NCBI GenBank assembly: GCA_019058365.1
Contig: JAHPZE010000038.1
Coordinates: 1 to 32,017, forward strand
From: Promethearchaeota archaeon
Lineage (GTDB): Archaea > Asgardarchaeota > Lokiarchaeia > Sigyniarchaeales > SOKP01
Direction: 5' to 3'
DNA length: 32,017 nucleotides
Below the pieces are notes generated by a model, which was not told the DNA's origin, made no database searches, and saw only the letters and a list, made by a program, of their open reading frames with translations. Positions 28,274-32,017 of this stretch are shown here, piece by piece. Position 1 is the first letter of the stretch. Every line of letters starts with the position of its first letter. The position numbers and the translations under genes are program-made.

Positions 28274-28654
28274 TTAAAAATCGTTTTGGAATTTTCTTCT
28301 TCGCAATGTTGAGATAAGATGCCCTCTTGAGAGAAGTTGAATTCCAAATTGTGAACTATATTCTCGAGAGAATTCGGTAACAATATTACAAATCATAATT
28401 CCACCTTGAATATTAGTATCAATACACGCTTTATGAAGTTGGCGTAATTGTGTGATTGAAATTTCTCTTTTCCAGTCTCGAATGAATATACCAAAGGTAT
28501 TAAGATTATTCTTTACAAGTGCATCAAAAGTCCAAGACTTTCCAGATTTTCCTTTATATTTTAATGGGCCTTTGACAAAATCATACTTCTCACTAAAAAC
28601 ATTTCTTGCTAATTCATTTAAATTTTTATCTCCTAATGACATGAACACACACAA
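28274..28654 (-). CDS. Restriction-endonuclease-like (Mrr-type PD-(D/E)xK fold) small protein, probably inactive; likely start ATG 28642
   Basis: GKSGKSWTFDAL...IFIRDWKREISITQL...GGIMI...FGIQLL fits the Mrr_cat-like pattern, but the ExK motif is absent. Confidence 0.6.
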   Translation of the reverse strand: MCVFMSLGDKNLNELARNVFSEKYDFVKGPLKYKGKSGKSWTFDALVKNNLNTFGIFIRDWKREISITQLRQLHKACIDTNIQGGIMICNIVTEFSREYSSQFGIQLLSRGHLISTLRRRKFQNDF

Positions 28655-28806
28655 TTTTTTATTATTGAGACTAATTCATCTGTATTATTGATATGTTATT
28701 TCAATATTTATCTAAATATTATTTAAGCTGATGTATTACGCAGAAAACATATATAGGAAAATTTGAAGAAAATAGGAAAGCGATTACCGACAAAAATATT
28801 TAGAAT

Positions 28807-29637
28807 TTATTGAAGATCTCTTTTTTCATTTTTGTTGAATTCATATAATTTGAAAAAAGGATATTCTCCCTCAGAATCAGGATTCTTTTTTACATATTTT
28901 AATAAATTTTGTTGCAAAAAGGCAAGTAATCTCTTTGATATCTTTTCGCATATTGATGGACATTCTAAGAAATTGTTATTTAAAATATAGTCACATTTGT
29001 TATTTTGTTTTTCACAAAATTTTTTCACTTGTAAAGTCAGTCCTTGAGCGAGTAAAATTGAAATACAACCCCAAGTATCCTTAAAGCCAGATAAATAACT
29101 TGGAGGTGTATGTTTTAATAAACTTTTTAAATTATTTTTACATAAATTATTATTTAATCTAGTATTAATTAATTTAGCTTCTTTCTTTGCTTCAAGTTTA
29201 CATAGAAAGACATAATACTGTAATAGATTTTCTGCCTCTTTAGCTTTTTCAACATTTATTATTTTCCATCCATTTGCTCTTTTACAGCTGATTTCCTTAT
29301 GCTTGGGATTAGAAAAATTAGTAGGGTAAATCCAACATTGTGGAGGTTTAATTCCTGAATTATGAACTATACAACCATTAATCTCTTTATTAAATAGGAA
29401 ACACTTTCCCTTCGCTTCATCAAATCTTAATTTAAAACTAAAAACATCACCTCTAATGAAATCATCTTTAATTGCATATCCTTGTTTTATATATTCTTTT
29501 GCTAGAATTTTGGGAACATCGATCTTGATTGAACAACAATCACCATGACAAACAGATATGCAATTCGGCCCCTCAATTGCATATTTCATTAGAGCATTAA
29601 ATTTTCTAACGACTTGCCAAAATTTTTCATTAACCAC
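28807..29637 (-). CDS. YkgJ/CxxCxxCC family cysteine-cluster (Zn/Fe-S chelating) protein
   Basis: CISVCHGDCC ... KCFLF ... GCIVH ... KPPQCWIYP, with additional Cys in the C-terminal extension. Confidence 0.8.
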   Translation of the reverse strand: MVNEKFWQVVRKFNALMKYAIEGPNCISVCHGDCCSIKIDVPKILAKEYIKQGYAIKDDFIRGDVFSFKLRFDEAKGKCFLFNKEINGCIVHNSGIKPPQCWIYPTNFSNPKHKEISCKRANGWKIINVEKAKEAENLLQYYVFLCKLEAKKEAKLINTRLNNNLCKNNLKSLLKHTPPSYLSGFKDTWGCISILLAQGLTLQVKKFCEKQNNKCDYILNNNFLECPSICEKISKRLLAFLQQNLLKYVKKNPDSEGEYPFFKLYEFNKNEKRDLQ

Positions 29638-29826
29638 AGTATTTTAAACTAATTTACTTATTATTTTTATTCATAATGACTTATTATCATTTAAAATTCA
29701 TATATAAAATATCTTTCTGTGTAAATAACTTTAAATTAGCATAATTTTATTATTTAGTAAATTTTGATAACAAATTTTGATAAATTTTTCTAAATTTAAA
29801 CAATACAAATAAGAGAAGATTATCGA

Positions 29827-31938
29827 ATGTCAGAAAATCTAGTTGTTATAGACATAACCGATCGCGAACATATTGTTCTCGATGGTTTACAAAGTTATAA
29901 AGAAATCTCTGGTAACGGAATGCTGGTTGTAAAAAATCCAACACAAAGAAGTAGATTATGGAATTTATTATGTAACGTTAAAGAGAACGTGAATACTTCC
30001 ATTGAATCTAAAGAACTAAATATAGGTACATTAAATCCTGGACAAAATTTTAAGAAAGAGTATGAAATTAAAGAAATTAAAGAATCTTCTTTAAAGGTTG
30101 AGGAAATATTTGATACTGATAAATTAGATTCTAATAAAGTAAATAATGTATTTCTCTATAAAAATGATAACAAATGCGGATTGAAACTCATTCTAACAAA
30201 CCCTTTAAACTTACCAATCTTCGATATTAAAGTTAAAAGAGATATGCCAGCCTTTATTCAAGAAATAGAAATGAGGAATCCTAGTAATGGAGATGCAAAT
30301 TTAAAAGAAGAAGATGGGAAACGAATACTTGAATGGGATTTAACATCTTTGGATGTTGAGAGTAAAGCTGAGCTTGAGATTTTCTTTACAGTGAATATGA
30401 AAAAATTAACGACTCAAGAACTTGGAATGTTAACTGTTAATTATCTAATTAATAATTATAAATTAACAATGATGAATCCTGATGTGAGGGGGCTTACAGA
30501 TTCAATGAGTGGAATCGATAGAGACGAAGGCTCTCAGCCTGGTATGTGGGATTGTAATATTGAATTTATTAATGAATCTGGATTCCAAGTGAAACTCGAA
30601 GACGTAAAAGTATCGCAAACAATAACTACCGGAGTTGAAACCTTAGTTTCTCAAACACCCGATAGAGTTTTAAATCCTGATGAATCATGGAATTTTGGCT
30701 TTCAAGTTGAAGCTAAGGATGTACCAGAATTGAGTTCTGAAATTGGATTTACACCATTGTTTGTGGTGATTCCAAGGGTTATCGGTGAAATTGTAAAAGA
30801 GTCTACTTTCTACGAAGTTGTAAGTGCCACTATTGATAAAGCTATAAATCCACCTGAAGTAGACGCATATGCAAATACTGACATGACAATTACAAATACT
30901 ATCGTAAATAATGGTTCCTCTCCAATCAATAAGTTTATCTTATCAGATGAGCTTCCTCCTGATTTTATTCCTCCTTTAGTTAATGAAATAAAAATCCTAT
31001 TAGCTGATATTGATATAAGTTCTAGAGAAGAATTCGTCCAAAAAATACTAATAGAACCTAATGATCAAGATTTTTCTAAAAAACATCTAATTTCTATCGA
31101 ATTATTTAATCTTGCAAATGAGTTTCTTCCAAGTAAACAAATGGTAATCTCATATCCACTACTTGCAAGGAATCCTCGACCACCTACTGAAACAAAATAC
31201 GTGACTCCAGTGAAAATTGAGATCAATAGTCCCGTAGAAGGCAACTTCTTCTTTAGAACTACAGATGAAGAGTCAGAAATAAAAGTTAGATATGTTAAAC
31301 GTAAATTAAAAACCCTAAAAAGTATTAAACCAGGAGTATCTGAAGGAGAATTTAGCATTGACGTTAGAGTTCAAAACAAAGGAGATGTAGAATTAGAAAA
31401 TATTCTTGTTAAAGAAATTATTCCTATCGGCTTTAGTTTGACTAAATTTACACCGCCTACTGGAGCAACTCATGAAGTAGTGCAAGTGGGAGATCTTTCA
31501 GAATTACATGTAAAAGTTATTGAGATAAAAGGGGGTTCTTCAGTGAGTATTAATTATAATTGCTCTGGTGTGGGTGATTATCCTCGATCAGAACCTGTTG
31601 TTATTGTTGGAGGAAGGGGTGCAGGAGAGTCATCAAGTTCCTCAAAAATACCTCAAGCTGGAACAGAAACTCCAAAAGCTCATGTAGCAGACTCCCAAGC
31701 TGGAAAAATACACGATTTATTTATTGATTTATATAAGGCTATTGATCGAGCTCCAACATGCGAAGTTTTTGGAAATATGCTTGAAAGAAGGAGAGATGCA
31801 TTACCACCAGGACCAGTTCTTCATCAAATTTTAGCATACGCTAAGGAACTAAAAGCTCTTGGAGAAAAAGTTATTGTTGGTTCACTATTTGATGAAGTAA
31901 TGGTAAAATTAAAAGGATTTAAAAGCAAATATGATTAA
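29827..31938 (+). CDS. Hypothetical protein with repeated Ig-like/DUF11-like beta-sandwich domains, no signal peptide
   Basis: 703 aa with recurrent motifs (LTNPLNLPIFDIKVKRDMP, IVNNGSSPINKFILSDELP, VQNKGDVELENILVKEIIP), a Ser/Gly linker and a helical C-terminal domain; no hydrophobic N-terminus. Confidence 0.65.
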   Translation: MSENLVVIDITDREHIVLDGLQSYKEISGNGMLVVKNPTQRSRLWNLLCNVKENVNTSIESKELNIGTLNPGQNFKKEYEIKEIKESSLKVEEIFDTDKLDSNKVNNVFLYKNDNKCGLKLILTNPLNLPIFDIKVKRDMPAFIQEIEMRNPSNGDANLKEEDGKRILEWDLTSLDVESKAELEIFFTVNMKKLTTQELGMLTVNYLINNYKLTMMNPDVRGLTDSMSGIDRDEGSQPGMWDCNIEFINESGFQVKLEDVKVSQTITTGVETLVSQTPDRVLNPDESWNFGFQVEAKDVPELSSEIGFTPLFVVIPRVIGEIVKESTFYEVVSATIDKAINPPEVDAYANTDMTITNTIVNNGSSPINKFILSDELPPDFIPPLVNEIKILLADIDISSREEFVQKILIEPNDQDFSKKHLISIELFNLANEFLPSKQMVISYPLLARNPRPPTETKYVTPVKIEINSPVEGNFFFRTTDEESEIKVRYVKRKLKTLKSIKPGVSEGEFSIDVRVQNKGDVELENILVKEIIPIGFSLTKFTPPTGATHEVVQVGDLSELHVKVIEIKGGSSVSINYNCSGVGDYPRSEPVVIVGGRGAGESSSSSKIPQAGTETPKAHVADSQAGKIHDLFIDLYKAIDRAPTCEVFGNMLERRRDALPPGPVLHQILAYAKELKALGEKVIVGSLFDEVMVKLKGFKSKYD

Positions 31939-32017
31939 CTTTTTAAAGAATATCTAAAAACTAGGGTATTTTTATAAATGAATGAAGAATTATAAATGTT
32001 TTCAACGTTCTTCGTTT

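Noticed and set aside
13981-31358. Other short nested ORFs (13981, 14551, 15834, 18044, 19376, 20352, 23103, 26271, 28452, 31065)
   Set aside because: All overlap well-supported genes in another frame or strand and show no recognisable motifs.
1-32017. CRISPR arrays, tRNA/rRNA genes, transposases, selenoprotein UGA readthrough
   Set aside because: None recognised by eye; no regular repeat-spacer pattern or long GC-rich structured RNA was seen.

Overview
Very AT-rich, gene-dense archaeal DNA, most likely from a Lokiarchaeia-type Asgard archaeon (inferred from Alba, an archaeal histone, a Sec11-type signal peptidase, thiolase/DUF35, a herA-nurA-mre11-rad50 operon and a stand-alone gelsolin-like domain). 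In order, the window holds a large membrane-anchored surface protein, two GT-C-like membrane proteins and an acyltransferase-3, thiolase + DUF35, an M28 peptidase, a methyltransferase, a DAGK-family kinase, a signal peptidase, an Alba + histone pair, a double-strand-break repair operon with an upstream UvrD helicase, and several small genes. The main finding is that the Alba gene, which looks truncated at a TAG, is interrupted by a predicted 30-nt bulge-helix-bulge (BHB) intron at 17126-17155. Cutting at the canonical tRNA-splicing-endonuclease positions removes the stop and restores a complete 94-aa Alba ending ...EQLEGENGQNNNVSSIEIVLAPPK. This points to endonuclease-type mRNA splicing of a chromatin-protein gene in an Asgard archaeon. 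All family calls come from motif recognition by eye; no database searches were run.
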